Assembly (NCBI GenBank): GCA_014686905.1
Contig: GCA_014686905.1_4093.1
Length of the DNA stretch: 64,000 bases
From: a phage
Strand: one strand, 5' to 3'
A model generated the notes under the pieces. That model was given only the letters and a program-made list of their open reading frames with translations, did not search any database and was not told the origin of the DNA. The translations under genes and the position numbers were made by a program. This document shows positions 45,099-54,142 of the stretch, piece by piece; the first letter of the stretch is position 1, and every line of letters starts with the position of its first letter.

Positions 45099-45166
45099 GA
45101 AAAAAGTCAAGGCGTTTTTAAAATTATGCGTTAAAAAAATGCATAGGTAATCCCTTGACTTTTTTG
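45099..45166. repeat. long inverted repeat (GAAAAAAGTCAAGG ... CCTTGACTTTTTTG) at boundary between early region and family-2 array
   Basis: 14-bp arms separated by about 40 bp; flanked by repeated AATGCGTA(A/G)GGG. Confidence 0.5.
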
Positions 45167-45320
45167 AAATAAAAGGGATTGGACTATGGCAAAATGCGTA
45201 GGGGGCTAAAGGGCGGGTAACCTTAGCGACTTCGATAAAGGGGTATTACGAATAAAATGTTATTGACTTTTTATATGAATCGTATAAAATATGATCGATA
45301 ATAATTTTAAGGGAGTCCCT

Positions 45321-45518
45321 ATGCGTATTTTAACTAAAGAACAGCACCACGAAAGACTTATCAATAACATGGCTATGATAATGTATAAGTCCCATGACCG
45401 TGGTATTGCCTATAAGCGTGAATTAATTATGGCACTATTCATTGGAACTAACTTTCAGGAAAGGTATGTCAACGATTGGATTTGGTATTTAATTGAAGAT
45501 ATAACGAGTAAACTATGA
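45321..45518 (+). CDS. family-2 small paralog (LGTNYQ motif), first of array
   Basis: Start set to MRILTKEQ after SD AAGGGAG; promoter-like TTGACT...TATAAAAT upstream; motif FIGTNFQERYV. Confidence 0.55.
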   Translation: MRILTKEQHHERLINNMAMIMYKSHDRGIAYKRELIMALFIGTNFQERYVNDWIWYLIEDITSKL

Positions 45519-45715
45519 AAATGCGTATTTTAAATAAAGAAGAATATCAATCACTGTTACGTAAAAACTTCACAAAGATTTATAATACAGACACACACGT
45601 AGAACGAATGGAGTTATACCTTTTGATTACATTGGGAACAAACTATCAGGGTAGATGGGTGTGGCAATATATGGATACATTGAAAAATAAAATATTGTCC
45701 ACGAGGAAACAATGA
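45515..45715 (+). CDS. family-2 small paralog
   Basis: ATGA overlap; motif LGTNYQGRWV. Confidence 0.55.
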   Translation: MKMRILNKEEYQSLLRKNFTKIYNTDTHVERMELYLLITLGTNYQGRWVWQYMDTLKNKILSTRKQ

Positions 45716-45921
45716 AAACTATAACACGAACCCAATCATACGGTCTTATCTTGAAATACATGGACTTAATGGTGGATATCAGCAAAGACCTGCCTAAAAC
45801 TGAAATTGAAGTTGCAAGAGCAGAGATCCGCATGTTGGCTGTACTGAACACAAACCATCAGGAAGATTATGTTGAAGAATGGATTCGATTTTTAATTCAA
45901 GATATAAAGAGTAAATTATGA
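45712..45921 (+). CDS. family-2 small paralog
   Basis: ATGA overlap; motif LNTNHQEDYV. Confidence 0.55.
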   Translation: MKTITRTQSYGLILKYMDLMVDISKDLPKTEIEVARAEIRMLAVLNTNHQEDYVEEWIRFLIQDIKSKL

Positions 45922-46133
45922 TTATTATAGAAAACTCATATCAATATACTGAACGCATCGCTGCCAGACAACTTGAAATCCTCATAATATACGAAGAGAC
46001 TTCTGATTTAAACTTAGCCGAGGTATTGGAAAATGAAATACTTTTGGGTGCATTCTTGGGAACAGACTATCAGGAGTATTATGAGGAAAAGTATTTGTCA
46101 TCTCTTGAGAAATACATCAGGAGTAAATTATGA
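45918..46133 (+). CDS. family-2 small paralog
   Basis: ATGA overlap; motif LGTDYQEYY. Confidence 0.55.
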   Translation: MIIIENSYQYTERIAARQLEILIIYEETSDLNLAEVLENEILLGAFLGTDYQEYYEEKYLSSLEKYIRSKL

Positions 46134-46342
46134 TTATATTAACACCTGAAGAATATAAGAAACGTTTTAATTCTGTCCAGACTGAAATATTACTTATATA
46201 CCTTTCAAATGCAGACCTTAACTTATCAAGGGCAATGGAGAAGGATTTACTTATGGGTGCATTTTTGGATACAGACTTTCAGGTGTATTATGTAGGGGAA
46301 TACTTAATTGCACTCCAGAATTACATTAGGAGTAAACTATGA
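46130..46342 (+). CDS. family-2 small paralog
   Basis: ATGA overlap; motif LDTDFQVYYV. Confidence 0.55.
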   Translation: MIILTPEEYKKRFNSVQTEILLIYLSNADLNLSRAMEKDLLMGAFLDTDFQVYYVGEYLIALQNYIRSKL

Positions 46343-46566
46343 AACATTTAAGTAATATTGAGAAGATGAGAATTATCATTGATGCATTAAACAAATACGA
46401 TACCCTTTTACAAATAAAAGGTTTAACTCGATTGGAACACAAGATAAACACCACCGATGTACGCATGTTGGCTGTACTGGGGACGAACTTTCAGGAAGAG
46501 TATGTTGTTGCACACATAGTTGCACTCACTAATTACATAATGGACAAATGTAATGAACATCATTAA
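46339..46566 (+). CDS. family-2 small paralog
   Basis: ATGA overlap; motif LGTNFQEEYV. Confidence 0.55.
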   Translation: MKHLSNIEKMRIIIDALNKYDTLLQIKGLTRLEHKINTTDVRMLAVLGTNFQEEYVVAHIVALTNYIMDKCNEHH

Positions 46567-46777
46567 TAACTTTGAATACGAGGCCCGTGCTAAGAGTGCC
46601 AGAAAAAAAGAGAACACCATTTACTTCACTATGATGTACTTACAATGGACTGAAATTGAAGAAAAGGTTGCTGAAGTTTGGATGTTGGAATTCATGGGGA
46701 CGCAGTATCAGAATAGGTTTGCGGGTGAGTATATCAATGTTCTTATGAAACAAATAGAAAGAAAGGAAAAGAACTAA
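46553..46777 (+). CDS. family-2 small paralog
   Basis: Motif MGTQYQNRF. Confidence 0.55.
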   Translation: MNIINNFEYEARAKSARKKENTIYFTMMYLQWTEIEEKVAEVWMLEFMGTQYQNRFAGEYINVLMKQIERKEKN

Positions 46778-46935
46778 TGGTTTTCATTAACATATCTGAC
46801 CAACTCGATACTAAACTAGAAGTCGAGCAGAGTGAGGGATGGATGCTGTACTTTCTTGGAACTTCTCATCAGAATTTTTATATCCATGAACACATAGTTG
46901 CACTCAAGAATTACATTATGGACAAATGCAAATGA
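46777..46935 (+). CDS. family-2 small paralog (52 aa, below track cutoff)
   Basis: Hand-translated; motif FLGTSHQNFY. Confidence 0.45.
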   Translation: MVFINISDQLDTKLEVEQSEGWMLYFLGTSHQNFYIHEHIVALKNYIMDKCK

Positions 46936-47189
46936 AATACTTAACACAAGATGAATATTCACTTAGAATTCGAAAGCTCACCCCAGAAGCAAGAGTAATC
47001 TACGATGACCCCACCCTTACATGGAACCAAATGCGAGCTAAAGTTAATGAGCTATGGTTGCTGTACTTTATGGGGACTCAATATCAAGATAAGTTTTGCA
47101 AAGAATTTGTCGATCAATTAATGAATGTTATACAGGATAAACTAGATGAATATTGGCTCGCAAAACATGAAGACTTTATCAGGAGTTGA
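46926..47189 (+). CDS. family-2 small paralog
   Basis: Motif MGTQYQDKF. Confidence 0.55.
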   Translation: MQMKYLTQDEYSLRIRKLTPEARVIYDDPTLTWNQMRAKVNELWLLYFMGTQYQDKFCKEFVDQLMNVIQDKLDEYWLAKHEDFIRS

Positions 47190-47418
47190 GTATCAAACTG
47201 CCCTCTTCTCTCTTATTAACACCCTTAGAAAAAACAATGCATTACATGGTGCACCTGAAGTGGATGTTATCAACGGTGATGTTTATCTTATGAAATTCAT
47301 TGGAACAAACTATCAAGATCTGTTCATTCAACGATACTTGGCATCATTAAGAAACCAAATCCAATATAAAACCCAGAGAGCCAAAAAAGAATGGAATAAA
47401 CAATGCGACAAAGACTAA
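47146..47418 (+). CDS. family-2 small paralog
   Basis: Motif IGTNYQDLF; start uncertain. Confidence 0.5.
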   Translation: MNIGSQNMKTLSGVEYQTALFSLINTLRKNNALHGAPEVDVINGDVYLMKFIGTNYQDLFIQRYLASLRNQIQYKTQRAKKEWNKQCDKD

Positions 47419-47651
47419 ATCACAAAATGTATTGTAAACTATTGCAGACACTGGCACAGAAACACTATGACACGGTATCTGAAATATTACCCTATGATAT
47501 CATGCGTTTACTTCACTGTGAGGCCGAGATGCTTGTACTGATGACAGGCACTGATAAAACAGCAATCGCCAGATCGATAGAGCAATATATTGATGCACAC
47601 TGCCAACACATGAGAACCGAAATCTGGAGGAAAGAGAATGATAATTCTTAA
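47403..47651 (+). CDS. family-2 small paralog (divergent motif MTGTDKT)
   Basis: Same size and position in array; weaker motif. Confidence 0.45.
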   Translation: MRQRLNHKMYCKLLQTLAQKHYDTVSEILPYDIMRLLHCEAEMLVLMTGTDKTAIARSIEQYIDAHCQHMRTEIWRKENDNS

Positions 47652-47853
47652 TGAGTATCAGTATCATTGGAGGTTACAAACTATCAAATCAAAAGTGTAT
47701 AGTATTGTGTTAAACAAATCTATTGCACAAGAGGACAAATGTGTTATAATAGCTGAAATGAAGTTGGGTGTATTCGTAGGGACAAACTATCAAAACATCT
47801 ACACTGACGTATTATTAAGTTCCTTACGTAACAAGGTGGTATCCAAAATATGA
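47638..47853 (+). CDS. family-2 small paralog
   Basis: Motif VGTNYQNIY. Confidence 0.55.
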   Translation: MIILNEYQYHWRLQTIKSKVYSIVLNKSIAQEDKCVIIAEMKLGVFVGTNYQNIYTDVLLSSLRNKVVSKI

Positions 47854-48068
47854 GAAATTTACAAGGCTTTGAATACATCAGACTCCTGAAAACATGTGGA
47901 AGCAGAAGGAGAATGATATCAAGCGATAAGAGCATCCAAGCTAACCTTAAGCACGCACTAGTAACTGAACTCTATGTAGGTGCACTCTTAGGCACAAACT
48001 ATCAACAAATGTATGTAGATCTATGGATTGACGCTCTACAGAAAGAGGTTAAAAGTAAATGCAAATGA
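47850..48068 (+). CDS. family-2 small paralog
   Basis: Motif LGTNYQQMYV. Confidence 0.55.
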   Translation: MRNLQGFEYIRLLKTCGSRRRMISSDKSIQANLKHALVTELYVGALLGTNYQQMYVDLWIDALQKEVKSKCK

Positions 48069-48277
48069 TTAATTTAAGTAAAGACGAATTTTATGTTATA
48101 CTGGCGAAAACTTATCCAGCACGTAAGGCCGTTTATGATAGTCACATTATTGAACCCTCAAAGAAGTTGATTTTAGTAAATGAGATAAAGATGCTTTCAG
48201 TCTTAGGAACAAACTATCAAGAGAATGCTGTACTGATGTTAATTGATGCCCTCCAGCGAGAGGTTAAACGTAAATGA
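48059..48277 (+). CDS. family-2 small paralog
   Basis: Motif LGTNYQENAV. Confidence 0.55.
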   Translation: MQMINLSKDEFYVILAKTYPARKAVYDSHIIEPSKKLILVNEIKMLSVLGTNYQENAVLMLIDALQREVKRK

Positions 48278-48504
48278 AAATGATTCATTTAACTTACCAT
48301 GAATATCAAAAACGTTTAAATGCATCCAGAGATATAAGGATTCAAATATTCAATAACAAAAGATTGAAGCCTGATATCAGAAAAATCAAAATTATAGAAG
48401 CAGAGTTATGCAACTTTCTAGGGACCAACTATCAGGCAGGTAAGGTAAAAAACTATCTTAGAGAACTAATGAATAGTATTGAAAATAAATGTAAGGGTAA
48501 TTAA
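48274..48504 (+). CDS. family-2 small paralog
   Basis: Motif LGTNYQAGKV. Confidence 0.55.
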   Translation: MKMIHLTYHEYQKRLNASRDIRIQIFNNKRLKPDIRKIKIIEAELCNFLGTNYQAGKVKNYLRELMNSIENKCKGN

Positions 48505-48745
48505 CATGAAAATGATTAAATTATCTCAAGCAAAATATAAAGAACGCCTGGTGAAAATTGCACCTGGACTTAATGAAATCCATCACGGAGAAGTCATTAA
48601 ACACGGAAATAAGATGATTAAGAAACTTGAGTTAAAGGTGGGTGCATTCATAGGAACAAACTATCAGGAGTATTATGTAGATGAATACATAATCGCACTT
48701 AAGAGATACATTGGAAGAAAACTATATCTACAAACTAAAGAATAG
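48479..48745 (+). CDS. family-2 small paralog
   Basis: Motif IGTNYQEYYV; true start probably an internal ATG near 48506. Confidence 0.5.
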   Translation: MKINVRVINMKMIKLSQAKYKERLVKIAPGLNEIHHGEVIKHGNKMIKKLELKVGAFIGTNYQEYYVDEYIIALKRYIGRKLYLQTKE

Positions 48746-48747
48746 TA

Positions 48748-49038
48748 TTGAAAATAAATGTGAGGTTGATGAACATGCAAATGATCAATTTAAGTAAAGA
48801 TGAATATACCGAGCGTATGACAAAAATTACGCACAAACGTAATACAATCTATCACAACCCAGAAATTCAACACAGTAAGAAAATGATTATGATGCGTGAG
48901 TTAAAGATGGGTGTATTCTTAGGAACAAACTATCAAGATACAGAAGTAAATCGCTTAATCGCGGAGTTACTACTGGAAATCAGAGGTAAGCTGTACTTTC
49001 ATCAAATGACCCAACCACTGAGGTGTACTAAGAAATGA
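48748..49038 (+). CDS. family-2 small paralog
   Basis: Motif LGTNYQDTEV; true start probably internal. Confidence 0.5.
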   Translation: MKINVRLMNMQMINLSKDEYTERMTKITHKRNTIYHNPEIQHSKKMIMMRELKMGVFLGTNYQDTEVNRLIAELLLEIRGKLYFHQMTQPLRCTKK

Positions 49039-49250
49039 TCAACATCACATTGCAAGAAAGATTCATCCGAATCAACTATGCAATTACCAAATTAGATGCT
49101 ACTATAGGATTCCAAAGTCTACCATACAAAACCAGATTGTTATTAGAGTGTGAAGCTAAGTTGGGTGTACTGTTAGGGACGCAACACCAACAACGATATG
49201 TGGAAATCTGGATTGACCTTTTAACCCAAAATATATATGAGAGAATGTAA
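49035..49250 (+). CDS. family-2 small paralog
   Basis: Motif LGTQHQQRYV. Confidence 0.55.
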   Translation: MINITLQERFIRINYAITKLDATIGFQSLPYKTRLLLECEAKLGVLLGTQHQQRYVEIWIDLLTQNIYERM

Positions 49251-49481
49251 ATGCAAAATGAAATGATATACTTAACGAATGAAGAATTTCAAGAGAAGAT
49301 GTTAAAAACCAAAAACATTACTCTTAAGTTCGTTCCAAATCAATCAATATCTGAAGTATCTGCAAATGTATTGTTTCAGAAGCTACCATACGTTCTTGGA
49401 ACTGATAAACAAGAATTTATGGTTCAAAATATGATTGAACATCTTATAATGAGTATTAAGGAAAAAGTTAATGCAAAATGA
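49251..49481 (+). CDS. family-2 small paralog
   Basis: Motif LGTDKQEFMV. Confidence 0.55.
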   Translation: MQNEMIYLTNEEFQEKMLKTKNITLKFVPNQSISEVSANVLFQKLPYVLGTDKQEFMVQNMIEHLIMSIKEKVNAK

Positions 49482-49725
49482 AATGATATACTTAACCTAT
49501 AATGAATACGTCGAGAGATTAGTTCGTGCCAAGAGATATACCAATAAACGTCCAATTGACCTAAACCAAACCCCAGCAGAAAGGAGTGCAGAAGTATTAT
49601 TCCAATCACTACCATATCTTCTGGGAACTGATAGACAAGAGGAATATGTTGCACGTATGATTAGATATCTTAAAATCACTATTAAGGAAAAAGTAAATGC
49701 AAATGAAATACTTAACAGACGATGA
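49471..49725 (+). CDS. family-2 small paralog
   Basis: Motif LGTDRQEEYV; N-terminus MQNEMIYLT duplicated from previous gene. Confidence 0.55.
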   Translation: MQNEMIYLTYNEYVERLVRAKRYTNKRPIDLNQTPAERSAEVLFQSLPYLLGTDRQEEYVARMIRYLKITIKEKVNANEILNRR

Positions 49726-49948
49726 GTTAAAAGAACGACTAATTAAATCAAGAAAACATACAAATCAACTTCCAAACGACACAAACAAGTCTCCAGCGGA
49801 AAGGAGTGCAGAAGTTTTATACATTCAACTCATGTACTTTCTTGGCACTGACAGACAAGAGTATTACATTGAAAGTATGCTTCGATATCTTAAATTCTCT
49901 ATAAAGGAAAAGATACATGATCAAGTATTTAAAAATCCTAACAGTTAA
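49697..49948 (+). CDS. family-2 small paralog
   Basis: Motif LGTDRQEYYI. Confidence 0.55.
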   Translation: MQMKYLTDDELKERLIKSRKHTNQLPNDTNKSPAERSAEVLYIQLMYFLGTDRQEYYIESMLRYLKFSIKEKIHDQVFKNPNS

Positions 49949-50159
49949 TGAATATCATAAGATTGTAATGAAAACTAATAGTGATTACGCTAAAAAATCA
50001 AACCCAAAGTACATACTGGAACACACATTTGAAGAACGTCAATTAGCTTTAGTTGAAGCAAAACTTCTTGCACTATTAGGAACAAACTATCAGGAAGAAT
50101 ACAATAGAAAACTAATATACCTTTTAACTAAACATATAAGAAAAAGAAAAAATGCATGA
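49917..50159 (+). CDS. family-2 small paralog
   Basis: Motif LGTNYQEEYN. Confidence 0.55.
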   Translation: MIKYLKILTVNEYHKIVMKTNSDYAKKSNPKYILEHTFEERQLALVEAKLLALLGTNYQEEYNRKLIYLLTKHIRKRKNA

Positions 50160-50386
50160 AACACTTGACAGATGATGAACATGGGCTTATAGTAATGGAT
50201 GTAATCAACATCGAATACAAAAAGTTGATACGCTATCGTTGTTATGAAGATAAGCAACTCGTTCTAGCAGAACAGAAGTTGTTTCGACTCTTAAACACAA
50301 ACTACCAAGCACAATACGAAGAATCGTATATGTACCTTTTGGCGAGGAAAGCAAAAAGAGATTATGAAAATTTTAAGCAAAGGTGA
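50156..50386 (+). CDS. family-2 small paralog
   Basis: Motif LNTNYQAQYEE. Confidence 0.55.
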   Translation: MKHLTDDEHGLIVMDVINIEYKKLIRYRCYEDKQLVLAEQKLFRLLNTNYQAQYEESYMYLLARKAKRDYENFKQR

Positions 50387-50585
50387 TTCAGTAATATTAC
50401 TTATAGAGAGTTCAAGTAAATTCTTAAACATAACACTGTCTGATATAGATGAAGATGACAAAGAAGTACTGAGAGCAGATTTAAGAGTACTGTTACATAT
50501 CGGAACAAACCTACAAGAAGAATATGTAGAGTGCTACATCAATGAACTTAAAGAATCAGTACTGAGAAAATGCAAATGCAAATGA
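50364..50585 (+). CDS. family-2 small paralog
   Basis: Motif IGTNLQEEYV. Confidence 0.55.
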   Translation: MKILSKGDSVILLIESSSKFLNITLSDIDEDDKEVLRADLRVLLHIGTNLQEEYVECYINELKESVLRKCKCK

Positions 50586-50803
50586 AAATCATTACCGATG
50601 TAGAATACCTAACAATCATAAATGGACTGTTTTTGAAGCTCTTCGTCATTAACACATCAGATATACCAGATATGGATAAAATTATTAAGAGAAATGAAGT
50701 CTATGTTCTAGCTACCCTTGGAACGAACTATCAAGAACACGACATTAAAGATTATATTAATACACTTAAACGAGCTATTGAACTAAAATGCCAAAACCAC
50801 TAG
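50570..50803 (+). CDS. family-2 small paralog
   Basis: Motif LGTNYQEHDI. Confidence 0.55.
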   Translation: MQMQMKIITDVEYLTIINGLFLKLFVINTSDIPDMDKIIKRNEVYVLATLGTNYQEHDIKDYINTLKRAIELKCQNH

Positions 50804-51003
50804 GAACAGCAGAATACATTGAACTCATGGGATTACACTTCTCATCCTTTCAGAAACTTATGCGAGAATCAAAGAATGATTTAGAATATACCATCAGAGG
50901 TTCCGATTTAAGAATGCTTCTCACCCTAGACACAGATTCCCAAGAGCGATTTGTCAATGAGCATATTAGAGCACTTTTAATGGAAATTAAAAGTAAACTA
51001 TGA
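50788..51003 (+). CDS. family-2 small paralog
   Basis: Motif LDTDSQERFV. Confidence 0.55.
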   Translation: MPKPLGTAEYIELMGLHFSSFQKLMRESKNDLEYTIRGSDLRMLLTLDTDSQERFVNEHIRALLMEIKSKL

Positions 51004-51215
51004 AGATAATATCAAACCAAGAGTACTTGGCACTATTCAGGAAGAATAATCACAAATATATGGCACTTGATTCAAGAACTGATATAAGTGAACTTGAAAA
51101 AAATCTTTTGCGTTCAGATATGATAGTACTGACACTCTTAGGAACACAGCATCAAGAGAGAACTGTTAATTCACACATAGGTATTCTTATACAGATTGTA
51201 CAGGAAAAGATATGA
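51000..51215 (+). CDS. family-2 small paralog
   Basis: Motif LGTQHQERTV. Confidence 0.55.
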   Translation: MKIISNQEYLALFRKNNHKYMALDSRTDISELEKNLLRSDMIVLTLLGTQHQERTVNSHIGILIQIVQEKI

Positions 51216-51433
51216 GAATCATATCACAACAAGATATTCTTAAGTTCACAAGGGTTCATGCATCTGAATTTGATGCTATATTATCAAAAAGTTACAATGA
51301 CCCTTATACACAAGATGTACATTACAGTGAATTATGGATGTATATACTTTTAGGTACAAATAAGCAAGAGCAAGCCGTACAGAAGTATTTGACAGCTTTA
51401 CGTGATGCTACAGCTAATGGAGTATGTGTTTAA
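51212..51433 (+). CDS. family-2 small paralog
   Basis: Motif LGTNKQEQAV. Confidence 0.55.
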   Translation: MRIISQQDILKFTRVHASEFDAILSKSYNDPYTQDVHYSELWMYILLGTNKQEQAVQKYLTALRDATANGVCV

Positions 51434-51677
51434 TATGAAAGTACTGACAGAACTAGAAATGTATCATAGATTTAATAAGTACTATCATTTACTTAAGCCT
51501 ATACAGAGGATTAAATGTCCATTTGAAGAGAAACAGGTTTTAATCTATGAGCACAAGTTCTTTGTATCATTAGGTACAGATCAACAAGAGTACTATTTGA
51601 CGTTGTACTTGATTACATTAATAGATTTAATTCACTATAAAACCAAACAAGCTAATAAAGAGAAATATGAAAACTAA
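51402..51677 (+). CDS. family-2 small paralog
   Basis: Motif LGTDQQEYYL. Confidence 0.55.
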   Translation: MMLQLMEYVFNMKVLTELEMYHRFNKYYHLLKPIQRIKCPFEEKQVLIYEHKFFVSLGTDQQEYYLTLYLITLIDLIHYKTKQANKEKYEN

Positions 51678-52011
51678 TATACAACTCAAGGTATATAAAT
51701 CATTTGAACATACATATATCAAAAGTAGTCTATGTAGAGATGTAATGGATTACAAGGGTAAGCCATTCACAATTACCTATGATTCTTATGTTAGTGATTT
51801 ATATATATCATTTGTTAATTACGAAAATAAAATATACAAGCACGTTGATATTAAAGATTTAAGTACTTTATCACCAGAGGAATACTTTCAGGAATCATTA
51901 GTATGGGATTTAGAGTTTCCTATGCCATTAGTACATAAGATGATAGTACTAATGAAAGAATCTAAACAGGAGCCTAATGGTGATTATGAAGAACACACAG
52001 TTGAGTATTAA
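51667..52011 (+). CDS. family-3 paralog (EEYFQxSLVxD motif)
   Basis: Motif SPEEYFQESLVWDLEFPMPLV. Confidence 0.55.
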   Translation: MKTNIQLKVYKSFEHTYIKSSLCRDVMDYKGKPFTITYDSYVSDLYISFVNYENKIYKHVDIKDLSTLSPEEYFQESLVWDLEFPMPLVHKMIVLMKESKQEPNGDYEEHTVEY

Positions 52012-52381
52012 AAGTACTGATAATACTAAGAGTTATACAAGCTCAAGTACTGTGACAATCGAAGTGAATTCTATTAATGCTGGTAATGCAGTAGATAAGT
52101 TCTTTATTGCTCAAGGGTACAGGAAAGATATTCATCAATATTGTTCAGTATATGGGGAGTACAATAGTACTGAAGATATAATTTATTGGTCAACACATCA
52201 AGATTATATAACTAAAATTGGCGTTCCAGATGTTAGTACTTTATCTGAAGAAGAATACTTTCAGTACAGCTTAGTACATGATGTACCTATACCTTTAGGG
52301 TTAATCAAGGGTATGCAGGAAGAGGTTCATAAGCTTAAATCCATGAGTTCAGGTACTTTCATTAGAACAGTGCAATACTAG
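51977..52381 (+). CDS. family-3 paralog
   Basis: Motif SEEEYFQYSLVHDVPIPLG. Confidence 0.55.
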   Translation: MVIMKNTQLSIKSTDNTKSYTSSSTVTIEVNSINAGNAVDKFFIAQGYRKDIHQYCSVYGEYNSTEDIIYWSTHQDYITKIGVPDVSTLSEEEYFQYSLVHDVPIPLGLIKGMQEEVHKLKSMSSGTFIRTVQY

Positions 52382-52440
52382 CTTGACAGTACTTTTCATT
52401 ACTGATATAGTACACTAACGTTAATCATAGGGTAAAAATT

Positions 52441-52686
52441 ATGTTAAATTTTTTAAATTTCCTTATCGTTTTGTGTATTGTTCTTGGGATTGCACCATTT
52501 GTATTGTATTTCATGGATTCAGATGAAATGCAGAAGATGAATTGCACAAGGACAGGACAGAGTAGAGAAGAGACGATTCTTATGCCTGTTACGGTTATTG
52601 TTAACAACATGCCCATTACAAACATGGTCCCTACCCTAACGACAACGTACCAGTACTCTTGTGCTGACGGTGAGAGGTGGAGATGA
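52441..52686 (+). CDS. small membrane protein
   Basis: N-terminal hydrophobic helix; promoter-like TTGACA...TATAGT at about 52383-52412. Confidence 0.5.
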   Translation: MLNFLNFLIVLCIVLGIAPFVLYFMDSDEMQKMNCTRTGQSREETILMPVTVIVNNMPITNMVPTLTTTYQYSCADGERWR

Positions 52687-53003
52687 AATTTAATATAGCA
52701 AAAACATCGAGTATATGTATTTTTGGTTATGCTGATGAGTTAGGTGATATTGACATTCTTTTGTACAAAAAGGATGGTGTTATGCATTTCAAGTACCAGG
52801 ATGAAGAGGCAGACAATTATCCTTTACCTAATTTAGTACAAATGCAGGAAGATGAATTATTCCAGTACAGCTTAGTATACGACATTGATATTTGCACGAT
52901 GCCAGTACTAATTAGTATTCAAAAAGTGATGCTCGATATGTATGATAAGCTAATACAAGGTACATCAGGGAGAATCATTGAAATCGATATACAAGACAAT
53001 TAA
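52677..53003 (+). CDS. family-3 paralog
   Basis: Motif EDELFQYSLVYDIDICTMPVL. Confidence 0.55.
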   Translation: MEMKFNIAKTSSICIFGYADELGDIDILLYKKDGVMHFKYQDEEADNYPLPNLVQMQEDELFQYSLVYDIDICTMPVLISIQKVMLDMYDKLIQGTSGRIIEIDIQDN

Positions 53004-53196
53004 TCAAGAATGGAAGACCCAAAAGTACAGGGAATTCAACAGGAATTTTACAAAAGATGCATTGAATTTAAAAACAACAGAGTTTGATATGTTTATTTTT
53101 CTTGGAACACGTTCACAAGAACAATTTGTTCATTATTATATAAATTCGTTGCGAACGGAGATAGTATGCAAAACACAGGGTATTATAAAAAGGTAA
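52978..53196 (+). CDS. family-2 small paralog (interleaved with family 3)
   Basis: Motif LGTRSQEQFV. Confidence 0.5.
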   Translation: MKSIYKTINQEWKTQKYREFNRNFTKDALNLKTTEFDMFIFLGTRSQEQFVHYYINSLRTEIVCKTQGIIKR

Positions 53197-53432
53197 ACCA
53201 ATATTTGTACGCTACAAAGTACAGGGATTTTTGTTTAAAGGGTGGTGATGAAGATTTTTCTTTGCGATTATCAGAATTTAATCTGTTATTTTATCTTGGT
53301 ACAAAAGAACAAGAAGAAATGGCACAGAAATTTATCAAGCACCTTTTACAAAAAATTAATATGCAAATTTTGATGCTTAAGTTACAGAATGAGATAAATG
53401 AATATGAATCCAGAAATAGTTCAGGATCTTAA
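53166..53432 (+). CDS. family-2 small paralog (interleaved with family 3)
   Basis: Motif LGTKEQEEMA. Confidence 0.5.
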   Translation: MQNTGYYKKVNQYLYATKYRDFCLKGGDEDFSLRLSEFNLLFYLGTKEQEEMAQKFIKHLLQKINMQILMLKLQNEINEYESRNSSGS

Positions 53433-53790
53433 AAAAGTAATATTTCTTTTGAATACCAGAAGTGAATTGTATACAGAGTTAAAAGAGATTAATGCATTTT
53501 ATCAGAATTTTGTAATCCAAGAGATCAGTGATTTAATTACAGATGCATTATTTGAATTATCGGAGAAATACAAAGGTTCAGAGTTCAGTGTTAAGAATGT
53601 TATTCGTCCAAGTGCAAGGAAAATTATATTATCACATTTTACATTTGACAATAAAGATTTATTCAGTCATAATCCAAGTACAGCTTTATATTTTATTCCT
53701 GATTCAGACAAAAATCATCCTATTCATTACGGATGGATTTTGTCATATATAGTACAAGGAAAGGAGTATCCTATTAAATGGAAAGATTAG
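53398..53790 (+). CDS. hypothetical protein
   Basis: 130-aa ORF overlapping neighbours; no family motif seen. Confidence 0.45.
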   Translation: MNMNPEIVQDLKKVIFLLNTRSELYTELKEINAFYQNFVIQEISDLITDALFELSEKYKGSEFSVKNVIRPSARKIILSHFTFDNKDLFSHNPSTALYFIPDSDKNHPIHYGWILSYIVQGKEYPIKWKD

Positions 53791-53939
53791 GGCGATTAGA
53801 TTATTACACAATTAATACAAATTATTTGTTGCGTAATATAAAATCCGATTACAAAATATGGATAAAGAACAGAGATAGCATGTGTTATGAATTTTATTTA
53901 GATTATGCTATCAAACGATTTTTAAGAGAAGAACATTAA
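53778..53939 (+). CDS. hypothetical small protein (53 aa)
   Basis: Hand-translated; SD AAGGAG 10 nt upstream; low confidence. Confidence 0.3.
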   Translation: MERLGRLDYYTINTNYLLRNIKSDYKIWIKNRDSMCYEFYLDYAIKRFLREEH

Positions 53940-54142
53940 TGCAAAAGATTAATACGATAACATTAAATGCATTACAGGATTCATTATTAGATAGTATTAA
54001 GATGTATTACAATATACATTTGAAGGGTGGTATTGATAATTACGATTATTATTTGAGTTTAATTACATTTGAGCACCTTTCAGTACAGGACAGGATTTTA
54101 CATCCTACAAATCCTAGGTATCCATCGATAGGTAAATTATGA
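53939..54142 (+). CDS. hypothetical small protein
   Basis: 67-aa ORF abutting neighbours. Confidence 0.45.
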   Translation: MQKINTITLNALQDSLLDSIKMYYNIHLKGGIDNYDYYLSLITFEHLSVQDRILHPTNPRYPSIGKL

